From Myxococcota bacterium (GTDB taxonomy: Bacteria > Myxococcota_A > UBA9160 > SZUA-336), in assembly GCA_965247115.1 (NCBI GenBank), contig CBDFGR010000003.1:1056001-1120000 (forward strand): DNA of 64,000 nucleotides. Reading direction: 5' to 3'. Below the pieces are notes generated by a model. It saw only the letters and a program-made list of their open reading frames with translations. It searched no databases and had not been told where the DNA came from. Positions 1-12,467 of the stretch are shown in pieces (position 1 is the stretch's first letter; each line of letters starts with the position of its first letter). The translations under genes were made by a program, and so were the position numbers.

Positions 1-513
1 TTCGAATACCGCCTGGAGGCTTACCCACGATTAGGGGCTCCACTGGAGAGTCGCCGCGCCGGCTCTCGGCACGGCGGGGAGCATTAGGCGCCGCGCTCCC
101 GTCATGGCGCAAGCACCTCAGTGATCGTCCTGAAGTTCACTCAGGACAGGAAGCCTTCGCCATCGAGAACTTCGTCTGGCCCGTTGCGACCGACCCAATC
201 GATGGTCTACGCAGCGGCCGATTCGCGCCAACCAAGCGCCGCGAAGCGCCACTAAGCCGGGCCCGCTTGACGTGCGCGGATCAACTCGAACACATTTAAG
301 GCCGATGTCCATAGCGGTTACTCGCTGAGTCGTGGCGCGGCATCACGATCACTGCCTTCGAAGCCCGACAACTCTCCGTGATCCACGAAGAGCTTGACCA
401 AAACCACGAACGCCGTCAGGCTCCCGCCATACCGTCACGGGAGGCTGCTGCTCGTTCCCGCGTTTCCAGCGCTAAGAAGACGTGACCGGGACACCCTGAG
501 CGGAGAACTGGAG

Positions 514-1761
514 ATGCTTGAGGAAACTCTCTACTACTTCAATAGAGCGGCCGACGTGCTCGGTCTATCCAGAGTGATCCGGCAGGTGCTTCAGACGCCG
601 GTGCGCGTGGTCAAGGTCGAGGTCGTCACCGAGGGCGACTCCGGGGAGATCCTCCATCACATCGGCTACCGCGTGCAGCACAACCGCGCGCGTGGCCCGA
701 TGAAGGGGGGACTCCGCTTTCATCCCAGTGTCGATGAGGACCACTCGACTGCCCTGGCGAGCCTCATGACCTGGAAGACGGCCGTCGTCGACGTGCCCTA
801 CGGTGGCGCAAAGGGCGGGATCAACTGCGATCCGAAGGAGCTCTCCGGGATGGAGCTCGACGCGATCACCCGTGAGTTCGTCGAACGCATCAAGGAGGTG
901 ATCGGTCCTACGATCGACATCCCCGCTCCGGATGTCAACACGAATCCCCAGATCATGGCCTGGATCATGGACGAGTACTCCAAGTACTACGGGTTCTCAC
1001 CGGGCGTCGTGACGGGAAAGCCGCTGGATCTCTTTGGCTCGGAGGGTCGCGATGAAGCGACCGGCAGGGGCGTTATGCTCGCGCTCGAACAGGTGCTTGA
1101 GGATGGCGGGAGGTCGTTCGAGGGCCTCACCGTCGCCATTCAGGGCTTCGGAAACGTCGGCAGTCATGCAGCACGCCTCATCGCTGAGAGGGGCGGACAG
1201 ATCGTCGCCGTGGGAGACCATCTGGGTGGTGTGCACGCCCGTGACGGTCTGGACGTTCCGGCGCTACTCGAGTACGCGCGGGAAGAACGGACCGTCGATG
1301 GTTTTCCTGGAGCTGATTCGTTCGAAAGCTCGGAAGTGATCACGTGGAATGCCGACGTCCTCATTCCCGCCGCGCTCGAAGACGTGATCACCAAGGAGAA
1401 CGCGGCGGACATCCGAGCGCAGATCGTCGTCGAGGCGGCGAACGGTCCGACCACGCCCGAGGCCGATGAGATCCTGCACAAGCGCGGAATCACGGTTCTT
1501 CCGGACATCCTTGCGAACGCTGGTGGCGTGACGGTGAGCTACTTCGAATGGGCGCAGAATATTCAGCAGTTCCGCTGGGAGCACGAACGAGTGAATGCGG
1601 AGCTCGAGAAGGTCATGCGTAAGGCGTATGGCGCCGTACGCGACGTCGCAAAGTCTCGAGGCCTAGACCTCCGCACCGCGGCATTCGTCCTCGCCGTTCA
1701 GCGCGTGGGCCGTGCGGCGCTCTCGAGGCAGCAGAGACGGCAGCCGATCGACCTCGACTGA
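514..1761 (+). CDS. gdhA: Glu/Leu/Phe/Val dehydrogenase (glutamate dehydrogenase)
   Basis: Motifs GPMKGGLRFHP, YGGAKGG, DIPAPDVNT, IQGFGNVG, EAANGP and ANAGGVTVSYFEW. ATG at 514 follows a purine-rich GGAG stretch and is preferred over the TTG at 394. Confidence 0.93.
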   Translation: MLEETLYYFNRAADVLGLSRVIRQVLQTPVRVVKVEVVTEGDSGEILHHIGYRVQHNRARGPMKGGLRFHPSVDEDHSTALASLMTWKTAVVDVPYGGAKGGINCDPKELSGMELDAITREFVERIKEVIGPTIDIPAPDVNTNPQIMAWIMDEYSKYYGFSPGVVTGKPLDLFGSEGRDEATGRGVMLALEQVLEDGGRSFEGLTVAIQGFGNVGSHAARLIAERGGQIVAVGDHLGGVHARDGLDVPALLEYAREERTVDGFPGADSFESSEVITWNADVLIPAALEDVITKENAADIRAQIVVEAANGPTTPEADEILHKRGITVLPDILANAGGVTVSYFEWAQNIQQFRWEHERVNAELEKVMRKAYGAVRDVAKSRGLDLRTAAFVLAVQRVGRAALSRQQRRQPIDLD

Positions 1762-1835
1762 GCCGTGGCGAACTCATCGACGCCTTTGAACTCCTGGGCC
1801 ATGCTCGTTGTCCTCCTTGAGGTGGGGTCCCCACA

Positions 1836-1851
1836 CCACTATATCTAGTGG
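1836..1851. promoter_or_regulatory. Palindromic operator resembling an NrdR box
   Basis: CCACTAtatcTAGTGG resembles the acaCwAtATaTwGtg consensus. It lies upstream of a minus-strand AAGGAGG RBS and an ATG at 1802. Confidence 0.5.
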
Positions 1852-1859
1852 TCTTCCCG

Positions 1860-1966
1860 GTGCCACGAGGTGCCACGTAGTGCCGGCTAGTGCCACCTAC
1901 GGCCGTCTTATGCAGAGTGGTGCCGGTTTTTGCCACGTTTTTGGCGGCGCTTTTATCGTCCGATTC
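1860..1966. repeat. GTGCC repeat array with 10-bp period; related copies at about 4497-4550 (inverted) and 24590-24640
   Basis: gtgccacgag gtgccacgta gtgccggcta gtgccaccta. The 17-mer ggtgccacgtagtgccg is identical at 1869 and 24590. Confidence 0.75.
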
Positions 1967-2091
1967 ACGGCACTTTCACCGTCTTCCCAGATCAAGCGTC
2001 AGATGTCAGGCGGTTTCGATCTGCACCGGATCGTGCTTCTGGCGGCCGTTGGGCGTGGAGACGACGCGCAGCACGAGGCCGGGCTTGGAGA

Positions 2092-2170
2092 TTACATTCG
2101 CGGGAGAGGGCCGTGGCAAAACCTCGAAGAGGTCGAGTACGCCACGCTGGAATGGGTCGACTGGTTCAAA
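2092..2170 (+). mobile_element. IS3-family transposase C-terminal fragment (approximate ends)
   Basis: RGPWQNLEEVEYATLEWVDWF is typical of the IS3 OrfB end. Confidence 0.75.
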
Positions 2171-2339
2171 TCCATCGACGATTGTTCGAACCGATGGCAG
2201 GGAGCCTCGAGAGCTAAGCACCGAACAGCGGCGCATGCTCATGGTCGTTGAAGCTGGCGGTTGCGCAGATGACCTGGAACCGCCCCGGCGGAGTCCCCAA
2301 CCTGTCGCGAAGGCGCCGTAGCAGGAGCCCAACCTCGGC

Positions 2340-2865
2340 ACCGGCCGTTCCTCCCGATCTGCTGCTGACCACACCCGAGTCGATCGAGGTCATGCTCGTC
2401 TCGAGTCGATCGGATCCGGGGACGCTGTTCCGGAACGTTCAGGCCGTGGTCGTGGACGAGCTCCACTCCTTCGCGGGCGATGATCGAGGATGGCATCTGC
2501 TCGCAGTTGCTGGAAAGAGTGCGTGGGTTCGCTGGCGCGAGGTCCAACGACTCGGTCTGTCCGCGACCATCGGCAATCCCGAGGCGCTTCTCGAGTGGCT
2601 TGCGCCTGCCTCGTCTCGCCCCAGGCGCATCATCGCACCGGACGGCCAGGCGGTGCAGTCGGCTTCCGTGCAGCTGGACTATGTAGGTGGCGTCGAGAAC
2701 ACGGCGAGGGTCGTCTCCTCGCTCCACAAGGGCGAGAAGCGCCTCGTCTTCTGCGATAGCCGAGCACGGGTCGAGGAGCTTGCGGCGGGTCTGCGGCAGC
2801 TAGGTACCGAGACGTTTGTCTCGCACAGCCCGCTCAGTTTGGATGAGCGCCGGCGTTCCGAGGAA
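2340..2865 (+). pseudogene. Lhr-like DEAD/DEAH helicase internal fragment (approximate ends)
   Basis: PDLLLTTPES, VVVDELH, LSATIGN and LVFCDSR are present. Walker A and the C-terminal motifs are missing. Confidence 0.8.
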
Positions 2866-3081
2866 GTCCCCCAGCGCGATCCGCAGGCAGTGGTCTCGGA
2901 AGGGTAGCCCATCCGACCCGCAGATCGAGCGCTCCAAGCGGCCGCCGAGAGGCTCTCCCAAAGCGTTCGCTGCGAGAGCGCCACGAAGCGTCGAGACACC
3001 GCGCTGCGCGAGGTACTGCGCAAACGATCTTGCGAAGATTTCCATCGGCTGCCACCGCGTGCTTCCGATCGACCCGACGAC

Positions 3082-4290
3082 CTACACTTCGTCCGCCGTC
3101 ACCGCGACGGCAAAAGGAACACCCAAGGCCTCGAGGTGCTTAGCCCCGCACCGGACCTTGTCGGCCTCGGTGGTGCGGAGCTTCAGGAAGTCGCGCGTGC
3201 CCTTGGTTTCACGGGCAAGGTAGAGCGCCTCGCCATCGTGCCTGAGAATGGCCCAGTCCGGGTTGTATTGCCCGACGGGAGTATCGATCAAGAACCAAGC
3301 GGGAAGCTTGACGAAGAGACGAATGTCCTCACGCTCGTCGAGCTTCCGAGCGAACTCCCGCTCGATCTCGGAGTCGTAGGGAATGTACTCATACACGGAC
3401 TTATCGACCCCGAGCGCCGTGAGATAGTCGACCAGCTCCTCGTTCTTGAACAGCAGCATCTCCCACTCGGCATCGGAGCCACTGCCGTCGAGCTTTTCGT
3501 ACTTGATCCCGTCGACGAGCAGGCGATGGAGCTCGTGTTTGAGGATCGAAGCGACCGAATCCATGAAGAGCTGCGGATTGTGGAAGAGCTCCCCGAGCCG
3601 ACCCGACTCCTTCAGAATCCTCACCAACGTGGACCGGGTGAGCTCGGTCTCGTTCTGCAGATAGGCCAAGATATCGGGTACGGGCAGACGCCCGTACTCG
3701 ACGCGTTCTTCCGCGACGCTCGTCGCCTGCGTGGTGACGCCTCCCTTCTCGACAGCGATCTGACCCGCACTGATACGGATACGAGGGGCCTCGATCGCCG
3801 GCATCTGCTTGATGGCCGCAACAGCCCGAGAGACCAGACCACCGTCTCGAAATCCACTCGATAGGTCGTCTTGGGCTTGATCCGCTCCCAGAGCGCCCGG
3901 AACTCTGGGCTCAGGGCGACCTCCCTCTTGAGGTGGTTCACCCGTTCGTCTCGCTCCCGACGGATGTGGCGCTCGATCTGATTTGCGGACAGGAGGTCGA
4001 TCACGGCGGGCGTGAGGTCACGGTGGGCCTCGGGTAGATCGATCGCAAAGTCCTTCTTCTTGGGGTCGAAGGCCGGCTGGATGCATCCCTCGGCGTCGAG
4101 CATCTCCTGATCAATCAGGCTCGCCTGGATCTCCTCCGCGGCCTCGCGACCGATCGGCTGTTCCTGGCCATCGACGACCCGGGTGAGTTTCGCCAGGGCC
4201 GCGATGGGGACCTTCCCGAACGCGACGCCACAGTCCTCCTCGTACTCGGTCTGAAGCGCCCGGGCGAAGTCCTCGTAGCTCTCGTTTGCC
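3082..4290 (-). pseudogene. Type III restriction endonuclease Res subunit, C-terminal part, frameshifted
   Basis: ANESYEDFARALQ.E, YDSEIEREFA..L, KLP.WF.IDTP.G.YNPDWA and ETKG. Split over two frames near 3830; helicase N-terminus absent. Confidence 0.85.
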
Positions 4291-4563
4291 ATCACGTAGC
4301 CGGCTGAGGCCCAGGGTCTGGAGCATTCGCCCGCTGGGCGACCGGCCACCCCGCATTTTCTGTTCCTGCAGCGTACTCTGTAGTCACCATGTAGGTATCC
4401 GTTTCAGGAATAACAGCTTGGGAGCTACCATCGGCCTTCATTCCCATTCCTGGCCGATTTGGGAGAGCGTTACGACCGCATGCAGGCGGTGGGCAAGCGA
4501 ATCGGACGGTAAAAGCGCCGCCAAAAACGGGACAAAACGCGGCACCAGGCGGCATTAGCCGGC

Positions 4564-6466
<1,903 letters not shown>

Positions 6467-6628
6467 GGCGGACCTCCTTTTCCTTTCTTGATCTCGCCGC
6501 CGGGTCCCCGGGGCGGCGACCTCGAGGCCCGACGTGACTTGGGTAGAAGGATCAGACTCTACACCGGGCTCCAGGAGCTGGGCAACGTGAGCGCGGCCTG
6601 CAAGGAGCTCGGCGTCTCGCGCTCGCTC

Positions 6629-8034
6629 GGTCACGTCCGGTTCTTGCTGGAAACGCGGGACCGGGGATTGGCTTCGCGTGACGGGATGGCGGGAGCCTGA
6701 CGGCGTTCGTGGTTCTGGTCAAGCTCTTCCCGAATCACAGAGAGCTGTCGGGCTTCAAAGGCGCTGATCGCGATGCCCCGCCAGGACTCGGCGCTCCGGA
6801 TCAACGCAGCATACATCAGCTTCAAGACCGCACGCTCTCCGAAGGCGTGTACGACCGCCTTCATGCGACGGCGCTCTTCGAGGAAGAGGCGCTCGAGTAA
6901 GTTCGTCGTCCGAATCACGCGACGGTGTTTTACCGGGAAGCGCAAGTGGGCGATGCAGGCTTCAAAATCATCCATGAAGCACTGCACGGCCGTAGGTAAC
7001 GTCTTCTCGTAGCGTCGGACCAGGTCGTCGCGCAGGAGACGAGCGACCTCTTGCGAGGGTCCCTCGTAACAGGCCTTGGCGTGGGCGCGAAACTCCGGCC
7101 AGTCGGGCTCGGAGATCTTGGAGGCGAGGTTGCGCATCCGATGGGCCAAACAGCGTTGTCGCTCCGCCCGGGGAAAGCACTCCTCGACCGCGCGGATCAG
7201 ACCGGGGGCTCCATCCGTGACGACGAGGAGCGGATCCTCGAGGCCGCGACGTTTGAGGTCCTGGAAGAAGGCCGTGCAACTCGCCGTGTCCTCCTTCGTG
7301 CCCGGACTCAGGTGCAGGAGAACCTTCTCGCCCTCGTCGGTGATGCCCCAGGCACACAGCACCATCTCGCGACGCTGACCGGTGTGCAGGCGCTCGGCGA
7401 CGCCATCCACGAACAGGTACAGGAGCTTGAACTCGGAGAGGTCCCGGGTCGCAAAGGCCTCGTACTCTTCCCAGAGCTGCTCCGTGACCTCACTCACGGC
7501 TGTCCGCGAAAGCAAGGACCGTCCGTCCTCGCCTCGAAAGGTGGCCTCGATGTCGCGGGTCGAGAGTCCTCTCGCGTACATCTCCACCGCCAGCTCTTCC
7601 AGGGCGCGCGTCCGCTTCTCGAGTTCGGGACGGATCCCGGAACGGAAGGGTTCGTCGGTGTCGCTCACCTGCGGAGCCCGGTACTCGATCGGACCTTCGG
7701 CGCTCTTCACCCGCGCCGGTCGCGATCCATTGCGGTAGCCCTTTTGCCCCTCGCGTCGCCGCGCGTAGTGGCCTCGGCCCAGGACATCGCTGACCTCGGC
7801 TTCCAGCGCCTCCTCGATGATCTTGCGCATCGCGAGCTGGAGCAGCCCCTCCAGGCCGTCTCCTTCCTCCAGCTCCTGGATCAGCTCACGGATCTTCTGG
7901 CTCGTCCTCTCGCTGCTCAGTACTCTCGTTGCCAAGGGGATGTCTCCTCGCGTGGCCGGAAGGTCCGGCGGGTTTTGTTTGATTCACGCGAGGTTGCATC
8001 CCCCCTTTGTTTCCAGCAAACCCCGGACGTCACC
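6629..8034 (-). mobile_element. Complete IS256-family element
   Basis: IRs ggtcacgtccggttcttgctggaaac and gtttccagcaaaccccggacgtcacc. Direct repeat ctcgctc (7 bp) at 6622-6628 and 8035-8041. Confidence 0.95.
6631..7935 (-). CDS. IS256-family (Mutator) transposase
   Basis: MYARGLSTRDI, LFVDG, VTDGAPGL, QRCLAH and RTTNLLER. Confidence 0.95.
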   Translation of the reverse strand: MATRVLSSERTSQKIRELIQELEEGDGLEGLLQLAMRKIIEEALEAEVSDVLGRGHYARRREGQKGYRNGSRPARVKSAEGPIEYRAPQVSDTDEPFRSGIRPELEKRTRALEELAVEMYARGLSTRDIEATFRGEDGRSLLSRTAVSEVTEQLWEEYEAFATRDLSEFKLLYLFVDGVAERLHTGQRREMVLCAWGITDEGEKVLLHLSPGTKEDTASCTAFFQDLKRRGLEDPLLVVTDGAPGLIRAVEECFPRAERQRCLAHRMRNLASKISEPDWPEFRAHAKACYEGPSQEVARLLRDDLVRRYEKTLPTAVQCFMDDFEACIAHLRFPVKHRRVIRTTNLLERLFLEERRRMKAVVHAFGERAVLKLMYAALIRSAESWRGIAISAFEARQLSVIREELDQNHERRQAPAIPSREANPRSRVSSKNRT

Positions 8035-8461
8035 CTCGCTCTACTATCAGCTCCGCAAGCGTTTCGTGCGCTATGGCCCAGATGGCCTCATTCGAAGCGC
8101 CGCCAGGGGCTGTCCGGGACGCCCACCCCAGCTCGATGCCACTGTCGAACGTCAGGTGATCGCAATGGCGCTGGCTTGGCCGAGCTTCGGTCCCCAGCAG
8201 CGCTCGGACCAGCTCGCGATGCGAGGCGTCCGGATAGCTCGGAGCACCGTCTATCGAGCCCTCCGACGTCATGGGCTCGGGACCCGCAGGGAGCGCCTCG
8301 GGATCCTCGAGCGCCACAGTGCCGAGCAGGCGGGCCTCCTCGTCGGTCGAGTCCGGCAGATAGAAGTTGCAGTTGCGCATTGACTCGTGACAGGATATTC
8401 CTGGGAGAAAACCGAGACGGAAGATCCGCGGACCTGGGCATGAGTCTCAGCGGGGTCGAAG

Positions 8462-10783
8462 ATGTCCACGAAACCAACTCTACGCACTTATGTATTGGGT
8501 GGAATCGCGGCGAGTACGCTCATTGTGAGCGGGCAAGTCGCGGCTCAGCAGGAGCCCGAACCAGCGGCGCCCGAGGCGGTGAGAGAGGCCCCCGCCATTG
8601 AGCAGATCACGGTCACCGCGCGGCGCCGCGAGGAGCGCCTGCAGGACGTACCCATTTCGGTGTCGACGCTGACGATGGATGAGCTCGAGAGCCGCACCGT
8701 CGTGTCGATCGAGGACATCGGAGCCGCCATCCCTGCCCTGGAAATGGACGAGTGCGGCGTCGCCAACTGCTTCCGGATGTTCATCCGCGGCGTCGGCACC
8801 CTCGTCATCGGAAGCTTCACCGATCCGCGGGTGGGGCTCTACATCGACGGCGTCTACATCCCGCGTGCCATCGGCGGCCTCTTCGACGTGCTCGACGTCG
8901 AGCGGGTGGAAGTTCTGCGCGGACCGCAGGGGACCCTCTTCGGCAAGAACACAGCGGGCGGCGCCATTCAGGTGATCACGACCCCACCATCTGGTGAATT
9001 CGGGGGGCGCGTCAAGCTGGGGATCGGGACCGACCGTCTCTATACGACACAAGCGTTGCTCGACTTCCCGATCCTCGAAGAGCGCCTCTACGGGCGCCTC
9101 TCGTGGTCCAGTCGGAACTCGGACGGCTACATGAAGAACGTGGCGACGGGGTCGGACGCCTTCTCGGACCGGACGCAGGTGGCGCGCCTGAGCCTGCGTT
9201 ACCTCCCCACGGACAACGTCGACGCGCGGTTCGTGTTTGAGAGGGCTCGGGTCCGCGAGGACGGCCAGCTGCGGAGCTGCGACTTTGACCCGGACCCCGG
9301 CGCCGGCTTGTTGGGCCTCTTGGCGTTGCCCTCGGAGCCCAGTCTAGACGCTCCCAACAACCTCGACACCTTCATCGCCGAGTGCGACCGGTCGTGGGCG
9401 CTTGGGCCCGATCGAGGCACGTCGAACCTCCCCGCGAGGCACGACCTCGACACGTGGCTCACATCCGGGACGCTCCGCTGGGACTTGGGCTGGGCGACCG
9501 TCAAGTCGATCACGGCGTGGCGCCGCTCGGAGAGCTTCGATCGTATCGACTTCACCGGAGCGGACTTCCAGTACTTCGACTCCTTAATAGAGTTTAACCA
9601 CGACACCCTGAACCAAGAGCTGCAGCTAAGCGGCACGGCGCTCGACGACCGGGTCGACTGGGTGGGCGGAGCGTTCTTGTTCCGCGAGAAGGAGAAAAGC
9701 CTTTTGGGGTTCAGCATCCTCACCGAGCCCACGGGATTTTTGCCCATTCCGCTGCCCGACGGAAGCTTCTCTTTTTTCCAGCTCCTACCCCTTCCCTCCA
9801 GCAATGCCCGGAGCAAGATCGACTTCCGCAGCTGGGCGCTCTACGGCGAGGCGACCTATCACCTGACTGAGCGGCTGGCGCTGACGGCTGGCGTGCGGCG
9901 CATCCAGGAGGCGAAGTACGTCACGGATTCCTTCGGCGACATAGGTGTGCGCTTTAAGGCCTGGACCCCGCGCGCGAACCTGAGCTTCCGCCTGAATGAC
10001 AGTCTTATGGTCTACGGGGGCTGGAGCCGCGGCTATACGAGTGGCGGCTTCAACATCGGCGCGCCCAGCATTAGCCCCACCGCAGATGAGGAGAAACTCG
10101 ACAGCTGGGAGGTCGGTTTTAAGTCGGACTGGTTCGACAACCGGCTCCGCCTGAATGTCGCCGCCTACTACAGCGACTTCGAGAACATCCAGGTCCTGGT
10201 CCAGCGACAGGACGCCGCCGGAAACTTCTCGCAGCAACTCGTCAACGCGGCAGAAGCCGAAATCACGGGCTTCGAGGTCGAGATGTCGGCCCGGCCGCTC
10301 GACAACCTGATGCTGAGCTTCGGCTGGGCAGTGACCGACGCCGACTACAAGGAGTTCAACGACCTCACGCCACCGCCGCTGGGGTCCCCGCTGGGGACTC
10401 CTCCCACAGTGGTCAACCGCAAGGACCTCGAGTTTTCCCACGTGCCGGACCACAGCTTCAACGTGACCGGCGTGTATGAAATTCCAGCCGGCGAGCTCGG
10501 CATGCTATCGCTGCAGGCGGACTACGAGTATCGCAGCCGGGTGCATGGCGACATCCTGAACTCGCAAGGCGCCAAGCGGAAGGACCGCGGGCTCCTCAAC
10601 GCGCGCGTGGCCCTGCAGCTCGCCGACGGCAGGACCGAGATCGCACTCTGGGGGAGGAATATCCTGGACCGCGAGTACTACCTCGAGTCGTCAGGGCTCA
10701 CCGCGTCGTTTGGCACCAACTCGATCGTCTGGGCCCGCGACCACAGTTTTGGGCTGGAGTTGTCGCGGACGTTCGGGAACTAG
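8462..10783 (+). CDS. TonB-dependent receptor
   Basis: Signal peptide, ITVTARRREERLQDVPISV, VERVEVLRGPQGTLFGKNT and terminal FGLELSRTF. Confidence 0.95.
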   Translation: MSTKPTLRTYVLGGIAASTLIVSGQVAAQQEPEPAAPEAVREAPAIEQITVTARRREERLQDVPISVSTLTMDELESRTVVSIEDIGAAIPALEMDECGVANCFRMFIRGVGTLVIGSFTDPRVGLYIDGVYIPRAIGGLFDVLDVERVEVLRGPQGTLFGKNTAGGAIQVITTPPSGEFGGRVKLGIGTDRLYTTQALLDFPILEERLYGRLSWSSRNSDGYMKNVATGSDAFSDRTQVARLSLRYLPTDNVDARFVFERARVREDGQLRSCDFDPDPGAGLLGLLALPSEPSLDAPNNLDTFIAECDRSWALGPDRGTSNLPARHDLDTWLTSGTLRWDLGWATVKSITAWRRSESFDRIDFTGADFQYFDSLIEFNHDTLNQELQLSGTALDDRVDWVGGAFLFREKEKSLLGFSILTEPTGFLPIPLPDGSFSFFQLLPLPSSNARSKIDFRSWALYGEATYHLTERLALTAGVRRIQEAKYVTDSFGDIGVRFKAWTPRANLSFRLNDSLMVYGGWSRGYTSGGFNIGAPSISPTADEEKLDSWEVGFKSDWFDNRLRLNVAAYYSDFENIQVLVQRQDAAGNFSQQLVNAAEAEITGFEVEMSARPLDNLMLSFGWAVTDADYKEFNDLTPPPLGSPLGTPPTVVNRKDLEFSHVPDHSFNVTGVYEIPAGELGMLSLQADYEYRSRVHGDILNSQGAKRKDRGLLNARVALQLADGRTEIALWGRNILDREYYLESSGLTASFGTNSIVWARDHSFGLELSRTFGN

Positions 10784-10925
10784 AAGTCAGCGCACCCCTC
10801 TAGAATAACAGAAACGTGTGCTTTCTCGGCCGATCATCATTGCACCGATTCGCTCTCGCAGCGCGAGGACCCCGCGGAAGTGCCCAAGGGTATAACGGAG
10901 CACAGAGTCGCGAAGAGGGGGAGAT

Positions 10926-12314
10926 ATGACACAAACCACACTCTTTCAGAACGTACGCCTGATCGATGGTCTCGCCGATCAACCGCGAGAGGGAGTCTCG
11001 ATCCTCGTCACTGGAGAGCGCATCACCGAGATCGAGCCAGGACCGCGACCCGTACCCACCGGGGCGAAGCTCATCGACCTCAAGGGCAAGACCGTCGTGC
11101 CCGGTCTGATCGATACTCACGTTCACGCGACGATGCTGGATGACGCATACCTGCCACTTTTCCTCGCTGCGGGAGTGACCAGCGCGCGTGATGTCGGCGG
11201 GAAACTCGAGAAGGTGCTCAAGCTCAGGGCGGACCTCGAGAGCGGCAAGATCCTCGGTCCTCGCCTGCTTGTTTACGGCCCGCTGCTCGATGGCGCTGTC
11301 CGGAGCGTCGACCTGCCCTTTTTCCTCGAGATCTCCGATACGGTTCCGTCGCCCGAAGCGGTGCCCCAAAAGATCGGAGATTTGCTCGCAGCCGGCGTCG
11401 ACGGCGTGAAGCTCTACTTCACGATGCCTCCAGAAACGACGAAGGCCGCTATCCAGTTCGTCGACAAACGCGTGCCCGTAACGGGGCACCTCGGCTACAC
11501 CCACTCGATCGATGCGATCGAGTGGGGCATCGACGGGCTCGAGCATGTCTGGATCTCGCCCTACAACGACTTCTGCGCCCTGGACATGCAATACGGCCCC
11601 GGCACGTTCATGAGTGGGGAGTGGTACGAGTACACCGCCAGAGGCTGGGCAGCGGCCGACCTCAAGAGTGTCCGGGCACGCACCTGGTTCGATGCGATGG
11701 CGGAAAAGCAGGTCGGCCTAGGGACGACTCTCACGCCCATGCTGTGGGCGACCAAGTATGGGAAGGAAGCCGTGCGCAACGACCCGGACCGCCGTTACAT
11801 GACACCGCAAGCCCTTGCGTTCGCAGCGGTGTTGGAAGCGAAATTGGGCGGGAAGGGGCTCCCGGGGGATCTCGGGAAGGGGGACCCTGACTGGGATACG
11901 ACGATGGCGCTCTTCGACCCTTATGCCGCGCCCATGCCGGAGGTTCTCGACCAGCTGCAGCAAGTGACTCACACGTTGCACGAGGCGGGCGGTGTCGTCG
12001 TGGGCGGTACGGACACCGGCGCGCTGGCGTACCCGCCCCCGGGGTTCATCTTGCTGCGCGAGGTCGAGATGCTGGCCGATTCGCTGGGGGCCATGCAGGC
12101 CATCCAGGCGGTCACGTCAGCAGCCGCGCGCCACCTGCGACGAGAAAACGATATCGGTGCCGTCGCGGCAGGAAGGTATGCGGACTTTCTCGTGATCGAC
12201 GGCGACCCGCTGCGCGACCCCCGCGAGCTCCGAAATCTCGTCACCGTGTACCGCGGCGGCACGGAGCATGATCCGAAAGCCCTCTTGGCGGAGGTACCTC
12301 AACGGGACCTGTGA
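10926..12314 (+). CDS. Metal-dependent amidohydrolase (imidazolonepropionase-like)
   Basis: PGLIDTHVH, GVKLY, GLEH, GTD and G.VAAGRYADFLVIDGDPL. Confidence 0.9.
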   Translation: MTQTTLFQNVRLIDGLADQPREGVSILVTGERITEIEPGPRPVPTGAKLIDLKGKTVVPGLIDTHVHATMLDDAYLPLFLAAGVTSARDVGGKLEKVLKLRADLESGKILGPRLLVYGPLLDGAVRSVDLPFFLEISDTVPSPEAVPQKIGDLLAAGVDGVKLYFTMPPETTKAAIQFVDKRVPVTGHLGYTHSIDAIEWGIDGLEHVWISPYNDFCALDMQYGPGTFMSGEWYEYTARGWAAADLKSVRARTWFDAMAEKQVGLGTTLTPMLWATKYGKEAVRNDPDRRYMTPQALAFAAVLEAKLGGKGLPGDLGKGDPDWDTTMALFDPYAAPMPEVLDQLQQVTHTLHEAGGVVVGGTDTGALAYPPPGFILLREVEMLADSLGAMQAIQAVTSAAARHLRRENDIGAVAAGRYADFLVIDGDPLRDPRELRNLVTVYRGGTEHDPKALLAEVPQRDL

Positions 12315-12415
12315 CGGTCGTCGCTGATGCCCTCAGATCTTTGAGAAGTCAGAAATAACGCGATCGCCAGCGTGCGATTGATTTGGGGCCGCTCCCCTGT
12401 AAGGGACGTAGGTCA

Positions 12416-12438
12416 GAGAGGGTCGCGACGGCCCTCTC
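12416..12438. terminator. Hairpin between convergent genes
   Basis: gagagggtcg-cga-cggccctctc stem. No clear U-tract. Confidence 0.4.
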
Positions 12439-12467
12439 GTTGGGTTGGATTCGCAGGACTTGCTAGA

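Larger units (their letters stand above)
6540..8345 (+). pseudogene. IS481-like HTH transposase N-terminus, interrupted by IS256 (approximate ends)
   Basis: GNVSAACKELGVSRSL resumes in frame as YYQLRKRFVRYGPDGL...STVYRALRRHGL once the IS256 and one TSD copy are removed. No DDE domain follows. Confidence 0.8.

Noticed and set aside
394..513. N-terminal extension of gdhA from TTG 394
   Set aside because: It does not look like the family; ATG 514 gives a typical length.
1860..1935. Possible CRISPR array (also considered at 17189-17237 and 24590-24640)
   Set aside because: Units are about 10 bp with no unique spacers, and no cas genes are present in the window.
6467..6634. N-terminal extension of the carboxylesterase ORF
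   Set aside because: It overlaps the IS481-like remnant. A strong RBS precedes GTG 6466.
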